Below, one piece after another: positions 32,557 through 45,014 of a stretch of DNA of 45,031 nucleotides. Position 1 is the stretch's first letter; each line of letters begins with the position of its first letter. A program made the position numbers and the translations under genes. This DNA is from Trypethelium eluteriae (lineage: Eukaryota), in assembly GCA_051942245.1 (NCBI GenBank), contig JAVECL010000138.1, positions 1-45,031 of the forward strand, in the 5' to 3' direction. A model generated the notes under the pieces. It saw only the letters and a program-made list of their open reading frames with translations. It ran no database searches and had not been told where the DNA came from.

Positions 32557-33298
32557 TTACCCAGCTTCCGGCGCCGCTGGCTCAATCCTTTTGCTAAACT
32601 CAGCATGTATCTTAAATTTGTCAGTCTCCAGCCTTGTTATGAATTCTTCAAGCCCCACTGGAAAGCTCATTGGCGGTCTTTCTACAACACTCTTCCTATA
32701 AATAAACATCATCCCTTTTCCCTCAAGAATGCAGAAATTCAGCCGAGGGTCAATCAGTAATCTTCCTCCGTCGTCCAGGGCAATTATCTCGGTGGGGCCT
32801 TTTACGCAGGCATGATTGAGCTTAATGGTGGCTTTTATTCTGGACGAATCTTCGTCCGTAGCGAATGACCTGATCTTTGGCGTGCGATGTGAGCCAGGCT
32901 CAACTTTGATCTGACTGGCGCCACCAAATGCAAACACTACACAAATCCCAATCTCGTTGATAGATTGGACTTGCTCGTGTTCCGTGAGCAGCGTATGTAG
33001 TGCAGTAGAGGAGTGTTTTCCAATCATAGTGTACGAGGTGAAGAAAACGACATCGAAGCTGGGTAAGTCCCTGAGGATAGACTGCACGCCATGTTAGAGG
33101 GGTATCATCGAGTAGCCGTAGACTTCCCTCATTTTCAGGGCCGAAGTTCTTAGACCAAAACTTGAGCCCTTTGATCTCTTGGAAGGGATTTTTCCCTGCA
33201 TCCAACTCGACATTGATCTCATCCACCTCTCCGCCTACTTCCTTGCTCTTCGTAACAATATAACCGTTTTGTTCAAGGGCTCCTTCCTCGTCTCCCAT
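32557..33298 (-). CDS. Hypothetical protein, 2 exons, atypical donor site
   Basis: Exon 1 MGDEEGALEQNGY...FGPENE from ATG 33298. Branch site ctctaac and CAG acceptor at 33084-33082 lead in phase 0 into ORF 32557..33087. Confidence 0.6.
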
Positions 33299-33554
33299 TA
33301 CGCGTTTCAACGTGTAGAAAGAGACAGGCTGCAGTTTGACACAATTTCGACGTGAAAGGTTGAATGGTGGAGTCAAAAAGCCTCTCACTGATACGCGTTG
33401 GCGTTCTCAAGGCTGGCTTGACGGTGATGGATTAATATAGATCCGAGGCGTCTACATTTTCGGGTCACGTCACCGTATTGAAGAAGTCGCATACCGAATA
33501 CCCTCTTACGCGGGAATCAAATCATTGTTGCCTCTCCCAAGCCCCATTTTCAAA

Positions 33555-33647
33555 ATGCCGAGTCAATCATGTGCAGCCTGTGGTGGGTCAGGAGTTGTTA
33601 GAGATTCGAATGGGAACGAGGTGGACTGTCCGAGATGCAATAACTAA
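33555..33647 (+). CDS. 30-aa zinc-ribbon microprotein (CxxCxGxG...CxxC)
   Basis: caaaATG context; translates to MPSQSCAACGGSGVVRDSNGNEVDCPRCNN*. It is below the ORF-track size cutoff. Confidence 0.55.
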   Translation: MPSQSCAACGGSGVVRDSNGNEVDCPRCNN

Positions 33648-34423
33648 GTAACATCAGTGAGTTGCGTCTCCATCTAAGTAATTGCTATAACTCTAGAAGT
33701 CTGAATGCTAATTGTGTCACCAAGCAGCGTACTTTTTCCTATTAATCTCTTCCTCGAACAAGGCTACGTAAACGGACAAGTCTTTTCTACGACAAGCTGC
33801 GAAGAAATCCACGAACTTGCCTATCCAGCTGTGACAAAATTGTTTCACATTCCTATCATCAAGTGTACATCGGCAGAGCTATAGAAGGGTTGAATGGGTG
33901 AGAAGAAGGAATAGCGTCTCTCTATGTGATGAAATGATGGTAGTATCCTGGCCAGCTACGCAGCGAATTGAAAATCTGGGCGCATAGTCGCATTTTTCGT
34001 GCTTCCGTCCTATCTGCAGCCGCATGCATGCTCCACCGTGACAGTACATCGATGCATGCAAACGGCGTGTTCCTACACTTCAACATAATCGAGGTTCCCC
34101 ATCCCTAGCAAACTGCTCCTGCACAGGCAACAATATCCCAGTTCTCCGCTCTAACCTACCGTGTTTGACCACACCAATAGAAACTTTGTGATAACAACCG
34201 GTAACCCATCACGTCGGGGAGAAGGCTGCAGTTTGTTATCGGCGTAAGAATAGTGGTGTCTACCCGCCCGATTCGATCATTAGCAAAATCTATAAAGTCG
34301 GAATTGTGAGAGTCGGGGCTTGTTTGAGAGGATCTATATTTTCCCTTTATTTGGCAAAGCTTGGTTAGCAATCTTCCTCAATCACTTTACTTTCTTGGCA
34401 AGCGGAGTCAATAAATAGAGAAA

Positions 34424-34942
34424 ATGCCACCCATTAGCTTTATTAGGATTGTAGTCCACAATACTGGAGTATATGGAAGTCCATCGCAGATGTGCAACAA
34501 TCATTGGACCATCTACCTTGTTGTTAACGGAACGGAATCGGTTCAGATTAACATACGTGGGGCAGAAAATAGCAACCAGGGCACCCTCGTAATCGATAAT
34601 CGAAATTATATCGTCAGCAGTTCGAGCCTCCGTTATTGGGACATCGTACCGACTACTGCGATATATTCGGAACATGTGTTAGATCTTATATACGAAAGAC
34701 GACGCAACAGATATACTATGTCAGGAGGAGGATCAGGATGTCGATGGTGGATGTAAGTATTGGCTATCACCCAGATTCGGATAGCTTACAACCACCTTAG
34801 TTACGTTATCCTTAGTGATTTGGCCGAGAGGGGTTGGGTCTCACAAGATAGCGTGCTCATAATCTGGGGTGCTCTACATCTTCAGTATGGGCTAGGAGGT
34901 TCAACGAGAGAGCTTGCTATGGTGCAAGGGAGCTTTTACTAA
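34424..34942 (+). CDS. Small fungal protein (DUF7770-like; NHW...GCRWW), 2 exons
   Basis: NHWTIYL...SVQINI...G.L...Y..SSS...RYTMSGGGSGCRWW. Intron GTAAGT 34752..34800 TAG joins exon 2, which ends MVQGSFY*. Confidence 0.75.
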
Positions 34943-35106
34943 AAGGCTGCCCCTTTTGTACCGGTGGATCTGGCACCGGATATGGGCCTCCTACTTCATC
35001 TGAGAATTTTGTATCAAGTTGACGCATAAATCGTGTTGACCTAGTCTCGGTTTCTGGAAGGCTGCCTTTTATAAGAAAGAGTAGCTTCAAGAACGTGCAG
35101 GTTAAC

Positions 35107-35895
35107 TTACAAAAACCTTTCTTGGCTGTTTTTCCAAGCCAAACAAATTAGCTCAATCTGCTGTTGTTCCTCGCTCGTAAAATTATACATGTCCAACACG
35201 AGTTCATGGAAAGAGTCCCTAGGCCTTAGGATCCTCTGCACACAAGCTTCAAAGATTTGAGGATAGAATCCAGCTGAAGACCAATCAAGGAGACAGATTC
35301 TACCATCTTGTCGAGGAATAATATTTCTCGGTGCGATGTCCAGATGACACAGAATCAGTGGTAATTTCTGCAATGATACAGAAGATCCACATGTGACATG
35401 GAGCCTTCGATTAAACCAACCTTCCATCTCCGCGACCGAAGAAAACTCGTTTTCCTCGTCTGACCAGAGAAGACCTTGTCGAGCACCTCCTTCACATGGG
35501 CCAGGGCGTGATCCAGAAATAGAGGACATGACATCTAAGGTGCGAGTGAGTATAGTGATCGCATAAGGATATAGCGCTGGTTCTAATTCTTTCCCATGTA
35601 TATATTCCATGACAAGGTATCCCTTTTGTTTGTCGATATCTGTATTCTGATCTGTAAAAAACCGTAGAACGCTCGGTACGTAAACATCGCTAGAAGCTAA
35701 TGAACAACGAGCAAAATTCTGGTTACGAGCTTCAACTTCTGTAACATCATTTCCATATTTTACTACCGTATCGTCTGAAAGTCGAAGAACACGACTAAAA
35801 GCACCAGAGTGTCGTAGACCGAGCCGTTTGTGATCGTCAAGGGGCACAGAGGAACAGAACTTGATGATTTCCGAATTAGTACTTGAAGCATCCAT
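35107..35895 (-). CDS. Aminoglycoside-phosphotransferase (APH)-like kinase
   Basis: VVKYG, EARNQ, YVPSV, GYLVMEYIHG, LCHLDIAPRNII (Brenner HxD motif), ICLLDW, AGFYP. Confidence 0.88.
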   Translation of the reverse strand: MDASSTNSEIIKFCSSVPLDDHKRLGLRHSGAFSRVLRLSDDTVVKYGNDVTEVEARNQNFARCSLASSDVYVPSVLRFFTDQNTDIDKQKGYLVMEYIHGKELEPALYPYAITILTRTLDVMSSISGSRPGPCEGGARQGLLWSDEENEFSSVAEMEGWFNRRLHVTCGSSVSLQKLPLILCHLDIAPRNIIPRQDGRICLLDWSSAGFYPQIFEACVQRILRPRDSFHELVLDMYNFTSEEQQQIELICLAWKNSQERFL

Positions 35896-36217
35896 AATAG
35901 GGGTGATTGGGTTGGTAGAATTGTAGCTGCTACCACCTCAAGGTTGCAAGTAAGGGCAAGCCTGCGAGCTAAAAAGCGACCGGATCAACGACGAAGAGGG
36001 AGATCATCAGATAAGACATGGAGTATCGAACGGTCTAGTACTAAGGACGTTTCGGTACTAGTTACGCGCCCGTGACGCCCTGCTTCATCTGCCGCTGCCA
36101 AACGTCCATGCCCTACATGATTACCATTATTCCAATTTCCCCGCAAGGTCTGATGCTACTGGCATCTATTTACGCGCTGCAGACCCTCCATAGTCGACGT
36201 TCTCAGAATATCCCTCC

Positions 36218-38012
36218 ATGCCTGGTCCACCGAAGCGCCCTTTACCTGAGCAGCAGTGTCTCCGTTCCGAACCGCTCAGAAAGAGGCAGAAACTCGACCA
36301 TACATGCGAGGAACTCCAACCTCTGTCGGTCTTTTGGGATACTCTCTCAAAGATCTGGTTGACCCAAGACGCATTAAGAGAGCTTGATCGAAGAAACATC
36401 GAAGCAGCAACCCACCTTGAACTGTCTCCTCCGTCTTACCGGCCCATCACTCGAAGAGCTCTTACTCGCACAAGAGTAAATCGCTCGGCCAGGCATATTA
36501 GTGAATTCATCGACTCCTGTGAGGATCCAGAACGGAAGCAGTTACAGCGATTCGCTCGATACGGAGGCCCGGACTTGTCCAGTCTGAGAGGAGTATGCAG
36601 AGCTTAGTTCTGTCGTTAGCATGAGCTTACTTGTCCGACAGTTTACGATTTGCAGTGGCGCTATGAGCTCCAGCCAATCTACTCAACGCCGGAGCAAGAG
36701 AACGGCATCCGCCTCGAGGACACTCTCTACGACGAACACAACCGCTACGCGAAAGTCGGGATCTTCAGGCACCTACAACCCAAATTTCGAGCAAAAACTC
36801 ATCGATGGGGGTATATACCCTTACGGGTACGATAATCTGGATGGCCAGATCCCGCCAAAGCCAGCTAATTGGGATGCTCTTCACGCAAGATTTGCGCAGT
36901 ATCGGCCCTCCCTTTCGCCATCAGTATTCTCGGAGGAAGACTATGAAGCATTCGTCCAAGCAGATGCTCGTGCTTCTCGAGAACGGAGTGGAACAACCCG
37001 AGTCATCCCATACATTGAAGGCGAGCTCAGTGCAGGTGAATGTCCCCAGGAAAATGTCCTGTTTGCCAATCTAGAACCACTCGTTCAATTTGCTGCTGGC
37101 GGCAGTAGATTACCATTTGCCAAGCCTGACTTCTACCACGGCACGCGACCCGAACTGCTACATCACCAAGTTCGCGACGATCTCAGCACCAAAATCATCC
37201 CTTCAAGGCAAGATAGCCTCCCGGCTATACCTAACTTCTTTCTTGAGGCTAAAGGACCGTCGGGAACAGGTGTTGTCGCCAGGCGACAGGCTTGCTACGA
37301 CGGAGCGCTGGGGGCAAGAGCAATGCACACTCTACAATCATATAACCTTGAGAGTCCTGTCTACGACAACAATGCGTATACAATCAGCTCGACGTACAAT
37401 GATGGGACTCTCAAAATGTACGCCCACCATCTTCGACAACCGCATGGGTCCAAGACGCAGCCAGAATACTATATGCATCAGGTGGGAGCTTATGCGATGA
37501 CCCATAATGCGGATATGTTCCGACAAGGAGCTACGATGTTTAGGAACGCCAGAGATTGGACAGAGGAACAGAGAAAAAGGCTCATTAGTCAGGCGAATGC
37601 GCGCGTGAGCGCTGCCGCCTCTAGGCCAACAGAGGGATCGTCGAGTCAAAGCTTTACTTCAACAATCAGAACTGGACAATATGTCTCGGAATCGGAAACC
37701 TCAGCTGATGAGCTTTCCCAGGATACTGGAATGATAAAACGCACAACAAAATCGCTCGAGCAATCCAGACGTAATCGAAGGAGTCGGACTTCAGACGAGC
37801 GTGCCTCCATGAATTCCACGTCTGGTGGACAGCCGCAAACATGGACGTGGGTTAATGGAAAGTATCATTGTTACCGTGCTGGTGAACTAATTGAACAAAC
37901 AAGCGAGATGCCTAGCAACGTGTGGATTTACCGTGCGTCAAGTTGGCCTAGACGACAGGGTAAGAATTGGGTATTCTATAACTCAGAAGCGGAAGATTTG
38001 AGGTTCTGGTAA
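36218..38012 (+). CDS. Fungal PD-(D/E)XK-nuclease-like protein, 2 exons
   Basis: Exon 1 FWDTLSKIWLT..ALRELDRRN...GGPDLSSLRG. Intron GTATGC 36593..36641 CAG in phase 0. Exon 2 KPDFYHG...PNFFLEAKG...ARRQACYDGALGARAMH gives the PD..ExK..Q pattern. Confidence 0.78.
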
Positions 38013-38266
38013 GCGCGAATAAAAGTGTAGTAAAACGTCAATGAATAGTACTTTTACTCTTCACGTGTTATTTGTAAAGTGATTGCATCTGCTGGGCAAG
38101 ATTTTCTTCAATCTGGTGGCGCCTTCCGCTAGCATGTGTGTGACAATGCTCAATTCGTGAAGCTGGACAATCACGTGATGGCGGATTCAAGACCCTGGCT
38201 ACCTTTATTTCACACTAGCAGCCACTTTAGGAGGTAAGTTAGGCACATTACTCGTAACAATCAGTC

Positions 38267-38729
38267 ATGTCGGGGGAAGAGCATCTGTCCGTGCAACAGC
38301 TAACTCAGCCTGCCCAAGAAGAGATGCAGAAAATCGCATTATGGCTTGAACAGGCGACTTTTGATGCTCGTGGGGACTTGGAACAATGTAATGACAACAC
38401 CGGCTTGGTTCAAGTCGCGTCTCATTTCTTGAAGCTCTTCCCATTACCGGTATGATAAAGTGCTGTTGCTAGAGAGAACCTGATGAGACTAACGCGTCCA
38501 GTATCCAACAATGCAAACTAGAGTTACCGCTTTTCGTTTCAAAAAGCCTGCAACTCTTCCCGTCTCTCCAGGAGCTTCAATACTCATACCTACTAAGATA
38601 ATATCTGGAGAACCGAAAGTCGCAACTGTAAAGGTTGAGAATGGCACATGTATACATCTGAAGAGTAATATAGAAGTACAGCCATCTTTTTACTGCCTCT
38701 CTATTCTCTTTTCGGGTGTGCAAGAGTGA
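38267..38729 (+). CDS. Small hypothetical protein, 2 exons
   Basis: ORF 38267..38455 joins ORF 38511..38729 in frame through a GTATGA...actaac...CAG intron (about 38450-38500). Confidence 0.55.
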
Positions 38730-38866
38730 GACTGTTATTTGAGAGATCTTTGGTATACAAAAGAGAGCTTTTGGACCCTTCAGGGAGAGGTGCAGAGTAC
38801 CCATAGAGAGTGTTGAATGTATAAAAAGGATTTGGGTACCCTATTCTTTTGTCAGCATTCCAGTGG

Positions 38867-39785
38867 TTAATGATGATCAGCCTCCATACCGTCTGCTCTC
38901 GACAAGGGAAATGTACTGGTATTCGCATCTATCAGGAGATCAATAAGTTGGGCTTCTTTCCATGAAAAGAACTTACCCCGTCTATCGTTAGCGTTTCCAT
39001 GGCTATCATTCTCCTCTGCAATCAGACCCTCGACTGCGATACTTTGTAGAGGATTCATACATGCACCTCATGAAAGGTGAGCAGGTTTCGCATGCTTAGT
39101 TATTGTCACTTACTATTGCCATTTGATCCCGACAATGTCGACATACAATAACGCTTTGGAGAACTTTTATAAACCGATGCACTCCGCTTCCGACTGCCAT
39201 CATATTTGGAATCATCAGGTTGGCCCTGCGGGGTCAACGGATCCATCGATTGTACTGCTAGCGAGAGTGTTCCTGCTTCTCCGATTTTGTCTGTAGGTCT
39301 CATCTCTACATACATTAGCTGAAGTCTTTCGGAGAGTATGTCAACGTACTTTGAATCAGTCGATACGCACATGGAGTTCCCTCCAGCAACTTCAAGACAA
39401 CTTCCGATACAGGCACTTCTGGAGCCTGGTTACGCACAGCTTCTCTTACAACCTCGTCCATAATGAGATCTGTAACGTTCGACTTCGGAAATACGCATAA
39501 TTGGGAGAGTTGACCGCCAGACCAGTTCTCAAACGACTTCCAGTTACTCATGATTAGCTGAACAATGGTTTCCACTTTACTACGCTTAAGTCGAGATGGA
39601 GGAGTAGACCGAGTGAAGCCTGGTAAAATGGTACTAGCTTTTTGGCAGGAGTTCACGGCCTGCTTGGCCCTGTCCAGTGCATCAAGGCATTGCCGTAATT
39701 CGTCTGCTGTAAGCGTCGCAATCTGGTCGGTCTCGTTCAAACACACTGACCTCTCTGTGTCTTCAAGCACTGCAGATATTATCAT
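38867..39785 (-). CDS. Hypothetical multi-exon protein
   Basis: Consecutive minus-strand ORFs 39315..39914, 39106..39372 and 38867..39058 with intron-like junctions. Exact exon limits are uncertain. Confidence 0.45.
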
Positions 39786-40404
39786 AGCTGGATAGGAGAG
39801 AGAACCGATGGTGCTTGACCGCAAGGCAGATAGGCTGGCTGACCGCAAAACAGATTGCTGGCAGCAAGGCAGACGTGACAAAGCTTGAATGAAAGAACCC
39901 CTGTGGCATGACACTAACCTGGGGATGTCTCATGCAGCCCAGAAGCTTAATTTAGTGAAACGACAGAAAATCAGTACCCACACTCAATTTCTCCAGATTA
40001 GGCTTGATCTACACCGATCCGAGGCGTGCTGCACGCTAAGGATGGAATGAGGCGCGGCAGAAATTAAAAGCTTTGCCGCAGATGGGCGAGATTGATGATC
40101 GGCAGAGACTCGATTTAGGTTGCTGTAAGGAGAATTTGACTAAAATTGCCCTCTACCTCAGCCCCCAATCTTTCCAAATATTACTGCTGCCTAATAATCC
40201 TCTGAACTAAGACTTTCAAGTTGTGATTGGCCAAAGGAAGTCTTATCATTTGTAATGCTCATCACAAGCCCTTCCAGTACCCAATCTCTTAAACTTGTGT
40301 ACAGACTCTTTACCATATGACAGCTCAATCTCATCAATCTTTATTAATGCGATAAGGGCTGTCCCACCACCATTACCAACATCCTATTCCCCCAGATTGG
40401 TCAG

Positions 40405-41351
40405 ATGCCGAAGTCCGTTTCATCCCGCTCAAAAGGTTCTCGAGCACGGATAGCTTGTCAGAATTGTAGAAATCGAAGAGTCAGATGTCAGCCTACCAAT
40501 GCTGGCCGGCCTTGCAGTTTTTGCAGTCAAAGGAACCTGGATTGCTTATTTACACCTCGCTTCCTTTCTGACCACACAAAGAGAGGCATCTCTGAAGATG
40601 AACATGTTAAGGATCCTCAGCCTCAGCCTGGTCCATTTTCTTTTGTGGTTTGGACAGGTGCTCCCGGGCCAGTCAGCTTGATACAGACTCCGTAAGGCTC
40701 TCAATGTGATTTCCTATTTCTATATCTAATTTTTTAGTGAGAATGGCTATCTTATTCAAGGAAGTAAAGCTTCTAATCGGATTAAGTCTCCGCGAGATCT
40801 CCAACCTGTAAGTACATACAACCTCAAAACCCAACTTGTTAGCTAATACGTAAAGTAAGAGTTCCGAGCTAGGCTTAAGGACAGAGCTTTCACCAGCGCA
40901 GTTAGAACACAATGGAAGGCCAATCCTACAGGATTTACACAAAGACTTGGTCCAGGGACAATTTCAGGAAATTCCAGAATCTAAGAGTACAACTATTCAA
41001 GCCGGATGGCAGAAAGACTCATCCAGATCGTTTACCTTCGGTGATTCAATTCACAATTTCACTCCACCTTTTACAGAGTATCCCTCACTTATCCCTGAAC
41101 GCACAAAGAACGAGAGTTCTTCCATTACAACTCCAATATCACCTATGGACAACTCACCTGGAGATTATACCACAGTCAGCCAAGACAGCTGGGGTGACAG
41201 CTCTCATCCTCGGTTCTCTTCAGACTTGAACGCCATAGTTATAACCTCGTCCTCCTTTGACGCTTTTCCTTACACGATTTTCCAGGACGATTATGTTCAA
41301 GATGGTGTTATAGATCTCAGAAAGTCCTTCCTAGCAATTCAGAATGAATAG
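40405..41351 (+). CDS. Short Zn(II)2Cys6 transcription factor, 3 exons
   Basis: ACQNCRNRRVRCQPTNAGRPCSFCSQRNLDC. Introns 40692..40737 and 40808..40859 join in frame to ORF 40947..41351. Confidence 0.85.
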
Positions 41352-42020
41352 TTTTACAATGTCTACTTTTCTCTTAATTTATCAGTATATTTCCTTTAAA
41401 GGATTATTGTCTCTATTCTATTGTTCAATTGGGGTTTCTTTCGAACTATTTATAACCAGCAAAGCCAAAGTCAGGAAGCTACGTCCTCATAGCTCCGAAT
41501 CTAGCCTCGATTAACATTAAAACACTCTTAATAAAACTAAATACACTCCTTCCATACGTCCTCGAATGACTGTCGGCTGTACTCAGCCACCCTCAGTGTT
41601 CGTACTTTCTACCCAGCAAGTCTGTTCTTTTGCACACATCGTTATTGGTATCGTCCTGTTCGTCTATGTCTGTTAGGGGGAAGAAGCTAGGGAAGCACGT
41701 GACACACACATACTTATCTACCTTCACTTCCTAGAATTAACACTACTTGTTCCACCGTGAGACACCCTCTCACAATGTCCCAGTACATCACCTGATCCTC
41801 CGTCACATTGCTAGCTCATTAACATCTGATCATCCGAGCGTATTTCGAAACTTTACACCTCCAATCCCACGTCAGAATAGGTGGCCTACGATCTAATTAG
41901 TCGCTGGCTTCACCATACAAGCGGGCCAGCTACAAAACAAGAACCTTTACCCTCTAACCCCGTGTTCGCGGTGCACAATCACCATCGCCACCTGCATCCA
42001 AAGCCAGGAGAAGCTGCTGT

Positions 42021-42949
42021 TTATGAAGTATGGAATACCGCCTTCCTCTGGACTCTTCTCTGGACTCCTCTCTTCCTTCTCTTTAGACTGTTGCTGGGAG
42101 GTGAATATCTTGAGGTGCGGCTCTGTGTCATTGCTAAAGCATGACGGATGGCTATTGTGTCAGCCTGACACCGAGGGAGCTCCCGAGAAACTGTTGATTC
42201 AAGGCTGAGCTCATCGGGAGAACTCTCTCTATCATCGGCTTCAAGGCTGAGCTCATCAGAAGAACTCTCTCTGTCATCGGCTTCTATAGGGGATGATACT
42301 TTCGTGGATGTCTTAGGTATATCCTGTTCTGTCGCATCTTAGCTATGAAGGGAGATATTATACACCAAGCCCAAGACTTACCCAGCTCAATTTGTGACAC
42401 ATCTATATCAATTATTTGAGCCCCTAAGTGAGGAGGCAGAGCGTCTTGAGTGGCTAATCGGGGGTTCATATTGGGAACCCGGCTTGTAAGCCATTCATCA
42501 AGGCTGGACATATTGTAGTACTCCGTATCCACTTCAGACGCGAAGTCGATACTGGCGGCATCCATTGCCGCGATAGTTTCCTCATCCTGAACAAACATAG
42601 TATCAGGCAAGTCAAGCGATGTTGGTATTATGGTTGGTGTTGCATTCTGTCCTGTTCCTAGCGCATCCATGTCGGACAATACGGTACTGGTAATCATCCG
42701 AGCACCATCATGGACAATCGCATCAGCTTTATTAAAGTCTCGCTTCCTGTGAGGGACTTGGTGCGCCGGGTCCTCATAAATAAAGTTGTCACCCGATATC
42801 ATTGAGCGTCCAGAGCAACCGAGAGATGACACTGTCATAAATGGATCAAAATTGACTTGCCTCCATATGCTGTCTTGTATGGAGCAGGAATCGCTGAAGA
42901 TAGCGCCAGGGGGTACGCCCCGAGGTGGAGCAAAACGAACACGTCTCAT
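42021..42949 (-). CDS. Hypothetical protein with acidic repeat and basic tail; may have upstream exons
   Basis: ORF 42284..42949, donor GTAAGT near 42381 and acceptor at 42286-42284. The last exon reads EADDRESSSDELSL x2 ... KRRKRGVQRRVQRK and stops at 42021. Confidence 0.55.
42198..42281. repeat. 42-bp tandem duplication (2 copies, coding)
   Basis: ttcaaggctgagctcatcgggagaactctctctatcatcggc followed by ttcaaggctgagctcatcagaagaactctctctgtcatcggc. Confidence 0.92.
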
Positions 42950-44520
42950 AGCTTATTGGTAGATTGACCTGGTGAGTTTCGGTCGCCTTTATCTCCTATC
43001 GTTCGGTGTGGCCATAAATGTTATATAACAACAGGACCAAGGATTGAGAAGGTAGATAGCGCCATTGATATAATGGAAAACGGGGGACCTCCGAAATTAT
43101 CAAGTCGAAGATGTGATCCTTTACCTAATCCTATCATGCTAGTATCGGGGTGTAATACCGAATTGAACAGCTCTGAGGGAGTCATCTCCGCCACAGTTTC
43201 AAAGAGTGCGAGGCTTCTGGACTTGATTGGATGTGGTGAGAACGGGAAGTCGGCATAAGGAGTTGTATCTTCGGCTGGTTTGTGAGGAGTGGGAAAAAGC
43301 AGCGATGTGAGCAGAACCAGTGAAAACTTACCTATTTCGGCTATGTGATTACTAAAAAGAGAAGAAATAATGAGATTAGGAAAGATCAGATAAGATAAAA
43401 GGTACGTACTCTTACCCTATGGGGACAAAAGTCAGCCCAAACAGGAATCATTTTCCTGAAATGGTAAAATCTGTCGCCGATTTACCGGAACATAGATTAC
43501 TATTTATTATTACTATCATGAAATTTGCGTTACTATGTTACTATTACTAAAATGGTAATTACTCAGTAAATTTACATCACTGAAGCAAAGGATGCAAGCA
43601 CCATCTAGTCAGGAAAGTGTCTGACTTATGAATTAAGCTGCCTTACTTAGTAGCCCCTAGATAAGTACAGGATTGGTAGAGATTCGGATTACGGGCTTTT
43701 AAGGGGTTCAAATTGATTTCCAGAGTACGGCAATGCAATATGGAACAGAACCTCTATTTTGTTAATAAACTGACATCGCTATAGCAAAACCTGCAGGCAT
43801 GGGCATGAATGAAATAATGATGGAATAATCGACTATCATGCCATTGTCTTCCTCCAATTTTACCCTCTTAGTCGAAACGTTTTAGCATCGCCGTAGTCCT
43901 GTTCAGCTCGAGTAGGACCCAACTATAGGCCTTCAGTTCTGATTTCGGGGGCTCTCGAGCTCAAATAAATTTGGGGTTGTGTACGTACGTACTTACGTCA
44001 CCGCCGATACTGCCCCTCTTTCGCCTTCCACGCCATCGCCCTATTTCGCCTTCCACACCTTATTTCGCCTTACGCTCAAGCCATCACCCTTAGGCGATAT
44101 CTGTTTGATGGAGGGCATAAAAAGGTCCTGTGTCTGTCATGGAAAGGCATAGATTACTTGCCCGTCATATGTATGATCCATTAAACAATAATATCCACAA
44201 TGGACTTTCAAGTGATTCATGATATCATTGATATCTTAAGTGCGTGAGCCCCTCTACTGGTCTCTTCTTCCCTTCAACATCTATCATGTCTCTCGCGCTA
44301 ACAAGTCATAGGTCTGCGTAAAGTTTTGCGCTTTTCAGAAGAACTCATCCCTTCAGAGTCTTACGTAATCGTATGGCTTGATGCGCTTGACGAATGCCCT
44401 CCAACTTGGCTAGATTTGTTTATCCTGGTAGTTATGATGAGTCGTATATTACAGTCTCCTTTGATTTTGTTCGATACCGTTTTGATACTCTCGGGAAGAC
44501 GTCGACCTCTGTGTACAACA

Positions 44521-45014
44521 ATGCCTTGGACAATCTGGCCCGCACTGGTTGTCTTGTGGGGTGTGTGCTGGATGTTTTACAATGAGCCAAGTAACAATTC
44601 TGAAGATGAAACCCGTTTTCCCGAAGCTGGTATCAATGAATCATTCAGTGGTGGAGTTTCTAACAACATATTGGGAGGTAAGTACATGTGTGCGTACGGT
44701 TTAAACGAGAAAACACTCATATGTATCTAGAGTTGAATTTAGACCTTTTCTCAAGTGAGTCGGGGGGTTGGCTTACTTATCCTCCTGCCTTAGCAATTTC
44801 AGAATCCAACCCAGCAGCGATCACACCTGAAGAAACCTCTGGCTCCAATATGATCACTGATAAAGACCTGACAACATTTGATTCTGTGCAGCCGGGAACA
44901 ATTGAGTTTTGCAATAGAAGTTTTCCGCACCACCTGCACGGGCGCACCACCTGCACACTTTTTTCATGTTATTTAAAACCAAATAACTCAGCAATTGATA
45001 TAAGTAATTATTAG
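44521..45014 (+). CDS. 5' part of a fungal protein starting MPWTIWPALVVLWGVCWMF; partial or truncated
   Basis: Hydrophobic N-terminal motif recalled from fungal uncharacterised proteins. Intron GTAAGT 44678..44730 TAG joins in frame to ORF 44688..45014. May continue beyond the window. Confidence 0.55.

Noticed and set aside
36218..38012. True Spok homologue
   Set aside because: There is no fused kinase domain or Cys cluster in the same protein. Only a functional analogy is proposed.
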